DNA from: a bacterium
GTDB lineage: Bacteria; Electryoneota; JAOADG01
Length of the DNA stretch: 64,000 bases
Direction of reading: 5' to 3'
NCBI GenBank assembly: GCA_963681965.1
Contig: OY820579.1
Coordinates: forward strand, 3,744,001 to 3,808,000
The first letter of the stretch is position 1. Each line of letters opens with the position of its first letter. Below are positions 9,692 to 20,167 of the stretch, piece by piece. The translations under genes were made by a program, and so were the position numbers. Below the pieces are notes generated by a model. That model saw nothing but the letters and a program-made list of their open reading frames with translations. It had not been told where the DNA came from and did no database searches.

Positions 9692-12504
9692 ATGACTTTC
9701 CGCTATCGTACGCTACACCAACCCCCGCTCGCCTTCGCGACGACTCTTATCTTCGTCTTCACAATTCTTCTTCCGCAAATTTCCTACGCCGTGTCGGTAC
9801 AATCTTCGCGCCTTCCCCATCCCTTCCAATTCACCGAGAACAAAGGGCAGTGGGATAGTGCCGTGGTGTATAAATGTGAGGTGCGCTGCGACGGATTCAC
9901 TTGGTTCCTTGAACGCGATGGTGTCACCCTCGTTACGAGTGTAATCGATTCTTCTTCTTTGGTAGGGGCAACGCCGCCCCCGCTGGGGGTTCGCGAACCG
10001 CCCGTGTCCGTTAATGATTCACGATTTGATCCCAATGGTCGTATTCAATATCCCCGATTAAAATCCCACGCCCTCAAATTTAAATTTGTCGCTTCTTGTC
10101 GTTGCGAGGAACGCAGCGAAGGATCGTCCGCCGTAGGCGGAAAGCCGCAGCGAAGTGACGAAGCAATCTACTCTTTTAAAGATTCAATGATACAGGAGGA
10201 GATTACCTTCGGTGAGCCCTTCGGGATTGCTTCGCACGTTCCCACGTTCATTCCTCGCAAAGACAAATCAAGATACCAGACGCAGGCTCGGAGGCCTGCG
10301 CCACCACAGCAAAAGCGAAATGGATTGAAGCTCAAGGCGAACGATCATGGCACAACAATTATTTTCTCGGGAATGATTCGTCGAAGTGGGCATCGGATTG
10401 TCGCAACTTTACCCGCGTGGTATATCATGATGTCTGGGAAGGCATCGATGTTGAATGGTATGAGAGCAAAGGTAATCTCGAATTCGATTTCGTGGTGCAT
10501 CCCGGTGCCGACCCGAAACAAATCATGATGGTATGCGAAGGGTTGGAGGCGCCAATCGCAGGCGGAGGACGGACACTCTTGTCCGTCGACTCAGATATTT
10601 CTGTCACAAAAGGGAGTCGGACAGGAGTGTCCGACCTCCTCTTGTCGAATGAACTGTCACTCATGACTTCCCTCGGCGAACTCCGGATGTCGATTCCGGA
10701 GGCATACCAAACCAGCACGAATGGCACTCGTGGAAATGATGTCACTGCACAATTCACAATCGTGGCAGAAAATCTCTTCGCGATCGATTTGCCGAATGGG
10801 TACGATAACTCGCAGACGCTCCGAATCGATCCGCTGGTGTATAGTACGTATTTGGGGGGTGGTGGAAACGATTATGGAGATGGTATTGCTAATGATGGTA
10901 GTGGAGGAGTCATCGTTTGTGGTTGCACAAACAGTTTCGATTTTCCCGTCACAGCTGGAGCTATCGATGTTAGCTACAATGGCGCATCGGTAGGTACTGG
11001 CGACTGTTTCATCACAAGAGTGGACAGTACTTTTTCACGACTGATCTACAGTACTTTTCTCGGTGGACCGGGTGACGATCGCGCGGAAAGTATTGTCAGT
11101 GATTCTTTGGGCAATAGTACAATCACCGGATATTCCGGCTCGCAATTCCCAACTACTGCTGGTGCTTTCGATCGATCGTATAATGGTGAAGATTGCGATT
11201 GTTTCGTCGCCCGTTTAAGCAATACTGGTGCGAGACTCATATATAGCACTTATGTCGGCGGTAGCGGCTACGATGATGGGCATAGTATTCTAAATGGCGA
11301 TAGTGGAAGTGTATTTATTGGAGGCATTACTAATAGTTTGAATTTTCCAACCACACCGGGAGTATTCGATTCGGCAGAAATTGGTGGTGTATTAATACAT
11401 CTCAACGACTCGGGCTCTGGTTTATTGTATAGCACAATTATAAGTCCTATGACAAATAGTTATTCGATTACACCTGATGGATCGGGTGGAATTATCTCAA
11501 CTGGATATTGTCATTCAGGACTCCCAACAACCCCCAATGCGTTCGATACGACTTTTAATGGTGGTGATTTGGATGCATTTGTACTACGCTTGAATTCGAC
11601 CGGCTCGCAGTTGCTGTACAGTACTTATCTCGGTGGTTCCGGCGACCGTGAATGGGCAGTTGGGATTACAGGTGATGGAAACGGTAACTGTTTTGTAACA
11701 GGTTCTACTACCAGTCCCAATTTTCCAATTACAGTCGGTGGGTTTGATACAGTCTATAACGGAGGCACCACAGTTATCGGTGATTGTTTTATTTCATATC
11801 TCAACAGCACTGGATCGAATCTTTTATACAGTACTTATCTCGGTGGTTCTGGTGAGGATGCAGGTAGGGGAATCCTGTACTATGCTGATACTAGTGTTAC
11901 CATTGTGGGGGGAACAAAGGGTACTGACTTTCCAACTACAATAGGCGCTTATTCAGAATACCTTAACGGTACAGGAAACTGTTTTGTAACTCATCTTAAA
12001 GTCAATACATCTCGATTAATTTACAGCACGTATTTTGGTGGTACAGGCAGCGATGTCGCTTATGCATGTATAAAGCACAACTCTAATGGGATTATTTTTA
12101 CTGGTCTTTGCAGATCAGGCTTTCCAACGACACCGGAGGTTGGTGACACGAGTTTCAACGGGGTTACTGATGGCTTCATTGCGCGTTTGACACTTGTTCC
12201 CGACTCATCAGCCAGTACACCGGAACGATTCATACAACCATCCGGTTTCGCTTTGGCGCAGAATTACCCGAATCCTTTCAACGCAACCACTACGCTTTCC
12301 TACACCCTTCCGACCACATCTCACGTCGATCTTCGTCTCTACGACATTACCGGTCGCGAAATCACGACGCTCGTGCAGCACGAGCAGCGTGCCGGAACCT
12401 ATCGCGTGTTGCTCGATGGTTCGCGTTTAGCGAGTGGAACATATTTTGTGCGGTTACAGGCGGGAACGTTCAGTAAGACACAGAAGATTGTGTTGTTGAA
12501 ATAA
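9692..12504 (+). pseudogene. Secreted SBBP-repeat beta-propeller protein with C-terminal sorting domain; frameshifted within a REP-derived insert (~10090-10310)
   Basis: Signal peptide, FTENKGQWD and HALKFKFV in one frame; NNYFLGNDSSKW, VYHDVWEGIDV, IDPLVYSTYLGG, YSTYLGGSG repeats and YPNPFN...KIVLLK in another frame that is open only from 10216. Confidence 0.75.
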
Positions 12505-12517
12505 TTCATATTGTGAA

Positions 12518-12970
12518 GTAGGGGCGGGCTCCCACGCCCGCCCGTTCCTGTATCTTTTTTCCGTTCCCAATTCCCAACACCTACCTCCTAACACCCGTCT
12601 TTTTGGTAGCGGCGGACTTTAGTCCGCGTATTGATTTTTTAAACTCGATTTACGGGAATTGCGGACTGAAGTCCGCCGCTACCAACGGAAAAGATAGATT
12701 GCTTTGTCGCTTCGGGCGCATCCGCCAGCCGGCGGACGCCCTTCGTTCCTCGCAACGACAAATCAAGATACAGGATACAGGAGAGGTTGCCACAGCCCCT
12801 GCGGGGCTTCGCAATGACAGATCAAGATGCAAGAACGGGGGCATGCGGGGATGCCCCCCTACAATCAATACAAGAGAGGGCGTTTGCGAAACACCCCTAC
12901 GAAATAAATGAGCAGACACCCAGTACCACGCACCAAGTACAAAGAACTAACTACCAAGCACCATCACTCC
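12518..12970. repeat. Mosaic REP-like cluster plus degenerate heptamer tract
   Basis: GTAGGGGCGGG.., inverted pair of GTAGCGGCGGACTTTAGTCCGC, GATTGC..TCGCAA(C/T)GACA elements, GGGGGCATGCGGGGATGCCCCC. Confidence 0.85.
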
Positions 12971-13057
12971 CCACACACTTCCACTGATGCATTTATCTCG
13001 CTACTTTATCTCTGACGCCGTTATCAATTTCATTGAACCCAACCAAGGACACCATCG

Positions 13058-13447
13058 ATGAAAACCACTCGCAAACCGACTGCAGCGAAACAATCGCCGA
13101 TTGCTGTGACCGACCGACCACGCGGGAGTGATCTGTATGACCGGATCTACGCCGCAGTTCGCTTAGTACCTTACGGAAAAGTAACGAGTTATGGACAAAT
13201 TGCGATCCTCGCCGGTGTGCCGGGTGCTGCACGAGTCGTTGGTTATGCGTTATTTGCATTAACACACAACGAAACCACAAATGTTCCGTGGCAGCGGGTA
13301 ATTAATCGGAAAGGGACCCTTTCCTTGCGTAAATTGGGAGAAGCCGGAGGTGTTCAACGGAAAATCCTCGAAAGCGAAGGAATCATCTTCGATAAAGACG
13401 AGCGGATCGATTGGGATCAATACGGCTGGTGGGGTCCGGAAGAATAG
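13058..13447 (+). CDS. Alkyltransferase-like protein (Atl/YbaZ, MGMT family)
   Basis: VPYGKVTSYGQIA, ARVVGYAL, and PWQRV (Trp in place of the catalytic Cys of PCHR). Confidence 0.9.
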   Translation: MKTTRKPTAAKQSPIAVTDRPRGSDLYDRIYAAVRLVPYGKVTSYGQIAILAGVPGAARVVGYALFALTHNETTNVPWQRVINRKGTLSLRKLGEAGGVQRKILESEGIIFDKDERIDWDQYGWWGPEE

Positions 13448-13588
13448 CATCCAGTGGCGATGGCGGTAAAAAAATCCGATCGAACAGCGATCCGTCGCGT
13501 CACAAACCGGCTAGAATAGAGCGTTTGTAACGAAATCCATTTATAATTACTTTTTACGCGGATTTCAAATTTACCTGGGAGTACAAGC

Positions 13589-14062
13589 ATGGCACTTGGT
13601 TGGCGAAAACCCGAGTTATTCGGCAATGCCGATTTTCACGAAAAAGAAGAAGACTGGACTGCAAAGAATTTCTTTTGGCTTCCAGTCACCACTGTATTTG
13701 GTAAAATGATCGGCGTCGAAGAAGCATTTGCAAAAATGATTGGGCAAGCCTCGCGCGAAGGGGTCTCATTTATCCCCAACACCCGAATGATGCTGGAACA
13801 AGGCTCCTTCTCATCGAAGGTTCTGGTCGAAGTCGATCCACCGGATAACTACAATGCTCAAGTCATTCGCATCGACGCCGGCAAAGTATTTTCGTTTGAA
13901 GTGATCGGCGATGGCAATTCAATAAAGAAAGCAATCGAACGACATCGCGAGAAGATCGAACGCGAAGGGTACGTCGTTCAGGGTGTCTACCAGTGGTTTT
14001 TGACCAACCCACCGTGGTCGTTGACAAAATCCTCCCGAACGGTCATTTACATACGGACTTGA
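13589..14062 (+). CDS. Hypothetical protein (possibly GyrI-like fold)
   Basis: GGGAG RBS; 157-aa ORF ending 3 nt before gatC. Confidence 0.7.
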   Translation: MALGWRKPELFGNADFHEKEEDWTAKNFFWLPVTTVFGKMIGVEEAFAKMIGQASREGVSFIPNTRMMLEQGSFSSKVLVEVDPPDNYNAQVIRIDAGKVFSFEVIGDGNSIKKAIERHREKIEREGYVVQGVYQWFLTNPPWSLTKSSRTVIYIRT

Positions 14063-14065
14063 TCC

Positions 14066-14401
14066 ATGGCAGAATTCAGTAAAGACGAGATCGCCAAATT
14101 GGCACAACTCGCACACCTCGAAGTTCCGGACGACGAGCTGGAATCGTTGCGCACCGACTTGAGCAAAATCGTCGGTTATGTCGACCGGATCGAGCAAGTC
14201 GATGTGACCGGTCTCGAACCGATGCAGCACCCGTTCGATGCCGAAAATGTCTGGCGGGAAGATGTGGTTGAACCGTCGCTGCCGCAAGAAGTCGTGTTGT
14301 CCAATGCACCCCATCGCGCCGGTGACTTCTTCGCATTCCCGCGAATCGTTCCGGGTAAGAAGACCGAATCGAACCGCGACGATCAGGAGGACTCCGAATG
14401 A
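14066..14401 (+). CDS. gatC: Asp/Glu-tRNA amidotransferase subunit C
   Basis: LAQLAHL, IVGYVDRI, WREDVV, VLSNAP, FF.FPRI. Confidence 0.93.
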   Translation: MAEFSKDEIAKLAQLAHLEVPDDELESLRTDLSKIVGYVDRIEQVDVTGLEPMQHPFDAENVWREDVVEPSLPQEVVLSNAPHRAGDFFAFPRIVPGKKTESNRDDQEDSE

Positions 14402-15141
14402 AAACCATCGGTGTTATTCCATCGCGACTAGGCGCTACCCGCTTTCCGCGCAAACCGCTCGCGATGATTGCCGGGAAACCGATGATCGTGCGGGTATTGG
14501 AACGGGCACGACTGGCGACGACACTCGATGAAATTCTGGTGGCAACCGATAGCGAAGAGATCGCCGTTGTCGTCCGCAGCGCTGGTGGTGAAGTCGTCAT
14601 GACCGATCCCGCATTGCCCAGTGGTACCGACCGTGTCGGTGCTGCAGTCAAGGGTCGGAATGGCGATTTCGTATTGTCCATCCAAGGCGACGAACCGGCA
14701 CTCGATCCTACCGCAATCGATCTTGTTGTGCGAACACTACACAGCGTCGATCATCCTGCCATCGTGACACCGGCAGTACCGCAAGCGACCGGTGAAATTC
14801 TCGAGGTTCCGTCGTTCGTCAAAGTCGTCGTGACAAATTCCGGCAATGCACTCTACTTTTCCCGCGCAGCCATTCCATTTCCGCGCAATGCCGCGCTGGG
14901 CGATGTGCCACCAGCAATGTTGCATCTCGGATTGTACGGTTATCGGCGTGACGCACTGGAGTGGTTCTGCGCGAATCCACCTTCGCCGTTGGAATTGCGC
15001 GAAAGTCTTGAGCAGTTGCGCTTTCTGGAAAATGGTTGGCAAATCCGCGTGGTTGCCACCGATCGGGTTTCGTTTGGTGTCGATACCCCCGAGGATGTCG
15101 AGCGGATTGAACTACTCATGCGCGAGCAAGGGATTGCGTGA
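14398..15141 (+). CDS. kdsB: 3-deoxy-manno-octulosonate cytidylyltransferase
   Basis: IPSR.GATRFP.KPL, VATD, SGTDR, QGDEP, ALYFSR, ESLEQLR.LENG, VDTPED. Confidence 0.97.
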   Translation: MKTIGVIPSRLGATRFPRKPLAMIAGKPMIVRVLERARLATTLDEILVATDSEEIAVVVRSAGGEVVMTDPALPSGTDRVGAAVKGRNGDFVLSIQGDEPALDPTAIDLVVRTLHSVDHPAIVTPAVPQATGEILEVPSFVKVVVTNSGNALYFSRAAIPFPRNAALGDVPPAMLHLGLYGYRRDALEWFCANPPSPLELRESLEQLRFLENGWQIRVVATDRVSFGVDTPEDVERIELLMREQGIA

Positions 15142-15266
15142 TCGGCGTAGCATCGTATGCCAGCATCACATAACCGAAGACCAAGGAAACTGGTGATCCA
15201 CTCAAACAACTATCCTACCGATTGTAAAACCAATTCTTCCACTTTTCGGGTGGAAGCTCACTCGAC

Positions 15267-16442
15267 ATGACTCACACCGACACTGTTCCGCAAGCGATCG
15301 TCTCGACTAGCGCCGTGAAGCGGTTGCAGTCGGGTCATCGCTGGATTTATGCCAATGAATTTTCCTCGCCGGTCGCACAGCTTCCGGTCGGCGGAGTGGT
15401 GCGATTGGTTGCACCAAATAGCGCATTCATAGGACACGCCCATACTATTCCCCACTCGCTGATTGCCGGACGACTACTCAATCGCGACGAGCGCATTCCC
15501 GACGAAGCTTGGCTGTGCGAACAACTCGACCGATCAAAAAAATTCCGAGACATGATCGATGCCGGTTCCATCTGCCGGTTAGTCTTCGCCGAAGGGGATC
15601 TCCTGCCCGGTTTGACGATCGACCGGTACGAAAACCATTTCGTCATTCAGATTGTGACTGCTGGAATGGAACGCTGGAAGACTACGATCATCGATTGGAT
15701 CCAGCGTGAATTTCCGGTTGCATCGATTCTATTCCGCAACGATACCCCCTTCCGGAAATTGGAAGCGCTGAGTGAAGCGAACGAGATCGCTATCGGAGAA
15801 CCGTCGGAGCGGTTCGTCTGGAACGATCGCGGGGTGATGTATCAAGCGGATTTATTACATGGACAGAAGACCGGCGGCTATCTCGATCAGCGCTACAATC
15901 GCTATGAACTGGATTGGATTTCCGACGGAAAGCGCGTCTTGGATCTATTCTGTCATCATGGTGGATTCGGGTTGCGTGCAGCATTAACTGGTGCCGAGAA
16001 AGTAACTTTTGTCGATGCATCGGAGACGGCGCTGGCAATTACTGCCGAAACCGCAGCGATGAACCGGGTAGTCGACCGTTGCGAGTTCATTCGTGCCGAT
16101 ATTTTCGAGTGGCTGCAACATCACGTATCCGAGTACGATATCGTAATCTGCGATCCACCGGCGCTGATCAAAAACCGCAGCACCATGGCAGCCGGTGAAC
16201 GCGCCTATCGGAATTTGAATCACCGCGCCATGAATCGGGTCGCTCCGGGCGGGATGTTGTTCAGCTATAGTTGCAGTCATCTGATGGATAAAATTCGCTT
16301 TCGGGAATCGATCCGCGATGCGGCGCGCGGTGAACCGTGGATTGTGGTGAAAGAGCAGACGCAAGCGCCGGATCATCCGATCCTGCTGACACATCCCGAG
16401 ACCGAGTATCTGTGCGGATTGGTCTTACAAAAGATCGCCTGA
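15267..16442 (+). CDS. RlmI-like class I SAM-dependent rRNA m5C methyltransferase
   Basis: PUA-like GHRWIY, EGDLLPGL.IDRY, GQKTG.YLDQR.NR, VLDLFC..GGF, DPPA, SCS, DHP...PETEYL. Confidence 0.9.
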   Translation: MTHTDTVPQAIVSTSAVKRLQSGHRWIYANEFSSPVAQLPVGGVVRLVAPNSAFIGHAHTIPHSLIAGRLLNRDERIPDEAWLCEQLDRSKKFRDMIDAGSICRLVFAEGDLLPGLTIDRYENHFVIQIVTAGMERWKTTIIDWIQREFPVASILFRNDTPFRKLEALSEANEIAIGEPSERFVWNDRGVMYQADLLHGQKTGGYLDQRYNRYELDWISDGKRVLDLFCHHGGFGLRAALTGAEKVTFVDASETALAITAETAAMNRVVDRCEFIRADIFEWLQHHVSEYDIVICDPPALIKNRSTMAAGERAYRNLNHRAMNRVAPGGMLFSYSCSHLMDKIRFRESIRDAARGEPWIVVKEQTQAPDHPILLTHPETEYLCGLVLQKIA

Positions 16443-16476
16443 CGATCATGACCGATAAAACTTTTTCGAGTACTAA

Positions 16477-17418
16477 ATGAAACGATTGAGAATCTATCAG
16501 GACAAACGCTTCCGCGATCACCCCGCCGGCGATTCGCACGTCGAATCGGCGGATCGATTGCGTGCTGTGGAAGCGGCAATCTTCGAATCGACCGTTCTGA
16601 AAGATGCCGAATTCTCGGATGCAGTGAATGTCGACCGGAAATACCTGAATCTCGTTCACAAAGCCGAATACCTGGATCAACTCAAACAGTTATGTGACAG
16701 CTCTGCTCGGATCGAATCGGCGGAAATCGATGTTGCTCCGAAATCGTGGAATGCGGCGATGCTCGCGGCAGGTGCCAGTTCCGATGCGGTGCTCTCGCTG
16801 CTGGCAAATGAAATCGATGTCGGATTTGTCGCCCCCCGTCCTCCCGGACACCATGCCGAATCGCAAAAGTCGCTCGGCTTCTGTCTGATTAACAATGCCG
16901 CCGTTGCAGCGGTAACGGCGCTGGAAAACGGCATCAAACGGGTTGCAATCCTCGATTGGGACCTTCACCATGGAAATGGTACGCAGGAGATTTTCTGGAA
17001 CGACCCTCGCGTGCTGTTTATGAGTTTCCATCAGCGGAATCTCTATCCTAAAATTTCCGGCAATGAAGATGAAACCGGTGGACCGAATGCCCCCGGATTG
17101 ACGATAAATCGTCCACTGGAACCGGAAACCGGCGATGAGTGCATCGCAGGATTGTTCGATCACACTTTGACCCCGGCAATCACCGCATTCAAACCGGAAT
17201 TACTGATTATTTCCGCCGGATTTGATGGTCACCGCGACGATCTGCTCGGGAAACTAACTTTTACCGAAAACGGTTATATCGATATGACACGGCGGGTGTT
17301 GCAATGGGGCAATACTCTCGGCTGTGGAATTGTTTCAATTCTGGAAGGGGGCTATGCCCTCACACCACTCGCGCTCTGCACGGTTGCACATTGTGAAACG
17401 TTGCTGAAAGGAGCCTGA
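16477..17418 (+). CDS. Histone deacetylase-family amidohydrolase
   Basis: RPPGHHA, GFC..NN, DWDLHHGNGTQ, SAGFD, LEGGY. Confidence 0.95.
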   Translation: MKRLRIYQDKRFRDHPAGDSHVESADRLRAVEAAIFESTVLKDAEFSDAVNVDRKYLNLVHKAEYLDQLKQLCDSSARIESAEIDVAPKSWNAAMLAAGASSDAVLSLLANEIDVGFVAPRPPGHHAESQKSLGFCLINNAAVAAVTALENGIKRVAILDWDLHHGNGTQEIFWNDPRVLFMSFHQRNLYPKISGNEDETGGPNAPGLTINRPLEPETGDECIAGLFDHTLTPAITAFKPELLIISAGFDGHRDDLLGKLTFTENGYIDMTRRVLQWGNTLGCGIVSILEGGYALTPLALCTVAHCETLLKGA

Positions 17419-17783
17419 TGATGGACATGATGCGCCTGGTTGGTTTACGCTACCGGGTGAAACTGGGACTACTACCGGAAGAACGGGTACTTGGCGGCGA
17501 AGTACGGATCGATATTATCCTCCGTGGCGATTTTCACGATGCCGGCACCACCGACGATATCCATCACGCGATCGATTACCGTAGCGTGGTTCAAACCATC
17601 ACAACTGAAGTCACCGGTCATGCCTTCCATCTCATCGAGGCATTTGCTGAACGGCTCGCAACAAAATTACTGGAAACCATCCAATCGATTGTGGAAGTAG
17701 AAATTACCGTTCGGAAAATTCAACCCCCGCTGCCGGTCATTATGGACGGTGTCGAAGTGACGATCTGCCGCACCCGGTCATGA
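17418..17783 (+). CDS. folB: Dihydroneopterin aldolase
   Basis: G..PEER, DD...IDY, F.LIE..AE.LA, V.K..PP; adjacent to folK. Confidence 0.9.
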   Translation: MMDMMRLVGLRYRVKLGLLPEERVLGGEVRIDIILRGDFHDAGTTDDIHHAIDYRSVVQTITTEVTGHAFHLIEAFAERLATKLLETIQSIVEVEITVRKIQPPLPVIMDGVEVTICRTRS

Positions 17784-18268
17784 CCCGGATCGCATTAAGT
17801 CTCGGAGGCAATCTCGGCGAGCCGATAAGAGCCATGAAAACAGCGCTTGAGCACTTGCGCGACCGTGGGATTCTCACCGACCTTACTATGTCCAGTTTTT
17901 ACCGGACTCAACCATGGGGTGGAGCCTCGGGCGACTACTTTTACAATATGGTGGTTATTGCCGAGACTGAGTGTGATATCACTCAGCTACTCACCGCCTG
18001 CCAGGATGAAGAAACGGTTGCGGGAAGAGTGCGCAATACTGTCCGCTATGCCGCGCGGACACTGGATATCGACATATTGCTGTTCGGCGATGAAACAATT
18101 TCTTCCGAGGATGTGATTATTCCCCATCCCCGAATGCATGAGCGGCGGTTTGTCTTGGAGCCACTAGCGGAAATCGCCGGGAATTGGTATCTTCCGCAAT
18201 TCGGGTGCAGTGTGGTCGAGTTATTGTATAAGTGTCCGGATGTACTGGCTGTTGCCAGAATTGTCTGA
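17780..18268 (+). CDS. folK: 2-amino-4-hydroxy-6-hydroxymethyldihydropteridine pyrophosphokinase
   Basis: LSLGGNLG, RTLDIDILL, PHPRMHERRFVLEPL. Confidence 0.96.
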   Translation: MTRIALSLGGNLGEPIRAMKTALEHLRDRGILTDLTMSSFYRTQPWGGASGDYFYNMVVIAETECDITQLLTACQDEETVAGRVRNTVRYAARTLDIDILLFGDETISSEDVIIPHPRMHERRFVLEPLAEIAGNWYLPQFGCSVVELLYKCPDVLAVARIV

Positions 18269-18317
18269 ATTTGTTCCGAATTTATAAAACAGAATATTGA
18301 TTTAACAACATGATAGA

Positions 18318-18971
18318 ATGCAGCGACAAGGAGCCGCTTTGAAAGCAAGATATATCGCGGTGGAAGGGGTTATCGGCGCCGGTAAGACTACGCTGGCGAA
18401 GCTGTTACATCGCCGGTTCGGTGGTCAATTGGTCTTGGAACAACACGAAGAAAACCCGTTCCTGCCAGACTTCTACCGAGATCCGAAACGGTTTGCCTTT
18501 CAAACTCAGATCTTCTTCCTGCTTTCACGTTGGCAGCAACAGCAGGAACTGCACCAGATCGACCTATTCAATAGCCGCATGACCTCCGATTATCTGTTCG
18601 CCAAAGATCAAATCTTTGCCATGTTGACCTTGCAAGAGCGGGAATTGGAACTGTACGAAAAACTCTTGATCGCCGTCGAAAAATCCGTCGTCAAACCGGA
18701 TCTGGTCATCTATCTCCAATCCTCGGTCGAACGGTTGATGTACAACATCCAGTTGCGCGCCCGCAGCTATGAAAAAGAGATGTCGGTCGAATACATCTCC
18801 AGTCTGGTCGATGCCTACAATCAATTCTTTTTCCATTACAAGGACAGTCCGTTAGTCGTGGTGAATGGCACGAAGCTCGATTTCGTCAACGATTTGGTGC
18901 AACAGGAAAAGTTGATCGATTATATCCAACAAGATCATACCGGCACCGAAATCTATCACGCGGTTGAATAG
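18318..18971 (+). CDS. Deoxynucleoside kinase
   Basis: IAVEGVIGAGKTT P-loop, NPFL..FY, Q.FFL.SR, KPDLVIYL. Confidence 0.93.
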   Translation: MQRQGAALKARYIAVEGVIGAGKTTLAKLLHRRFGGQLVLEQHEENPFLPDFYRDPKRFAFQTQIFFLLSRWQQQQELHQIDLFNSRMTSDYLFAKDQIFAMLTLQERELELYEKLLIAVEKSVVKPDLVIYLQSSVERLMYNIQLRARSYEKEMSVEYISSLVDAYNQFFFHYKDSPLVVVNGTKLDFVNDLVQQEKLIDYIQQDHTGTEIYHAVE

Positions 18972-18979
18972 GATTCACC

Positions 18980-19225
18980 TTGCCGCCGACTTTTACATAC
19001 AATGTCCAGACCGAGAAGCGCGGGTGCCTCGGGGGATTGGCTTCGCTGTTTGCTGCGATCTTGGGAATGCTGGCACGGTTTATTCTAAGGCGGGTTTTCA
19101 GTATCGATATTTCGATGAAAACCAAACCAAATCGCTCTCGACAAGCAGCACCGCGATCACCTGAACCACCACCACCCCCGAAAACGCAACTTCCGGTGGA
19201 AGATGCCGATTGGCGTCCACTTTAA
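18980..19225 (+). CDS. Small hypothetical membrane protein
   Basis: Fills the operon gap; one hydrophobic segment, Pro-rich tail and EDADW end; TTG start uncertain. Confidence 0.45.
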   Translation: MPPTFTYNVQTEKRGCLGGLASLFAAILGMLARFILRRVFSIDISMKTKPNRSRQAAPRSPEPPPPPKTQLPVEDADWRPL

Positions 19226-19257
19226 TCAATCACTTATGCGCTCACAGGAATAAATCC

Positions 19258-19641
19258 ATGGAACGAATTTCTACTCCCAATGCACCGGCAGCCGTCGGAC
19301 CCTATTCACAAGCCGTACGCTGTGGCGATATGCTCTACTGTAGCGGTCAAATTCCGCTCGATCCCGCTACCGGTCAAATTGTTCCGGGCGATACCGGCGA
19401 TCAGGCAGTACGGGTGATGGACAATCTCAAAGCGGTACTGATCAGCGCCGGAATTACCTTCTCTTCGGTGGTAATGACGACGATTTATCTGACCGATCTG
19501 GGTGATTTTTCGGTTGTCAATAAAATCTACGAAGGGTATTTTGAACCGGGTAAGTATCCTGCGCGTGTAACAGTGGAAGTGTCGAAATTACCGAAAGACG
19601 CTCGCGTTGAAATTTCGATTATTGCCAAATTGCCATCGTGA
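19258..19641 (+). CDS. ridA: RidA/YjgF reactive intermediate deaminase
   Basis: APAAVGPYSQA, SGQIPLDP, F..VN..Y, PAR..VEV..LP...VEI. Confidence 0.93.
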   Translation: MERISTPNAPAAVGPYSQAVRCGDMLYCSGQIPLDPATGQIVPGDTGDQAVRVMDNLKAVLISAGITFSSVVMTTIYLTDLGDFSVVNKIYEGYFEPGKYPARVTVEVSKLPKDARVEISIIAKLPS

Positions 19642-20156
19642 TGCGTTGGTTGTTACCGGTTTGTTTTTTCATGATCCTGACGGGTTCTGCTATAGCGGCA
19701 CCCGTCGCCGATTCGTTACCTCCGGCAAAGCCGTTTACGGCACCGTCGTGGGTGGCAGTACGCAGTCTGATTGTACCGGGCTGGGGTCAATATTACAACG
19801 GAAAGAAATTCAAGGCGTTGATCTTTGCCGGAACCCAAGTCAGTTTCGGACTTGGGATCATTAAGCAGGATCGGCTCTATCGCGAGAACCAGCATTACCG
19901 CGATGTGGCATGGAATTACTACAAGAATCAAGTAGGACCGTCACATCTAGTCGTCGATTCACTCGCAGCTGCCGACTATGGTGCAGTTGCGAAATTCTAC
20001 CAGAAAGATCGGAATAAGTTGATCTGGTGGAGCGCGGGTGTAATGCTGTTATCGGTTTTCGATGCATTCGTCGATTCGCATTTGCACAACTTCGATGTCG
20101 GTCCCGCCCTCGGTAAAGAGGGCGAACCGCAGGTTCAGTTGACGATCCGGTTTTAA
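19638..20156 (+). CDS. Secreted or membrane protein, DUF5683-like
   Basis: Signal peptide; RS.IVPGWGQ.YN and DAFVD.HL..FD motifs. Confidence 0.75.
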   Translation: MMRWLLPVCFFMILTGSAIAAPVADSLPPAKPFTAPSWVAVRSLIVPGWGQYYNGKKFKALIFAGTQVSFGLGIIKQDRLYRENQHYRDVAWNYYKNQVGPSHLVVDSLAAADYGAVAKFYQKDRNKLIWWSAGVMLLSVFDAFVDSHLHNFDVGPALGKEGEPQVQLTIRF

Positions 20157-20167
20157 ATTGGTGTGAA

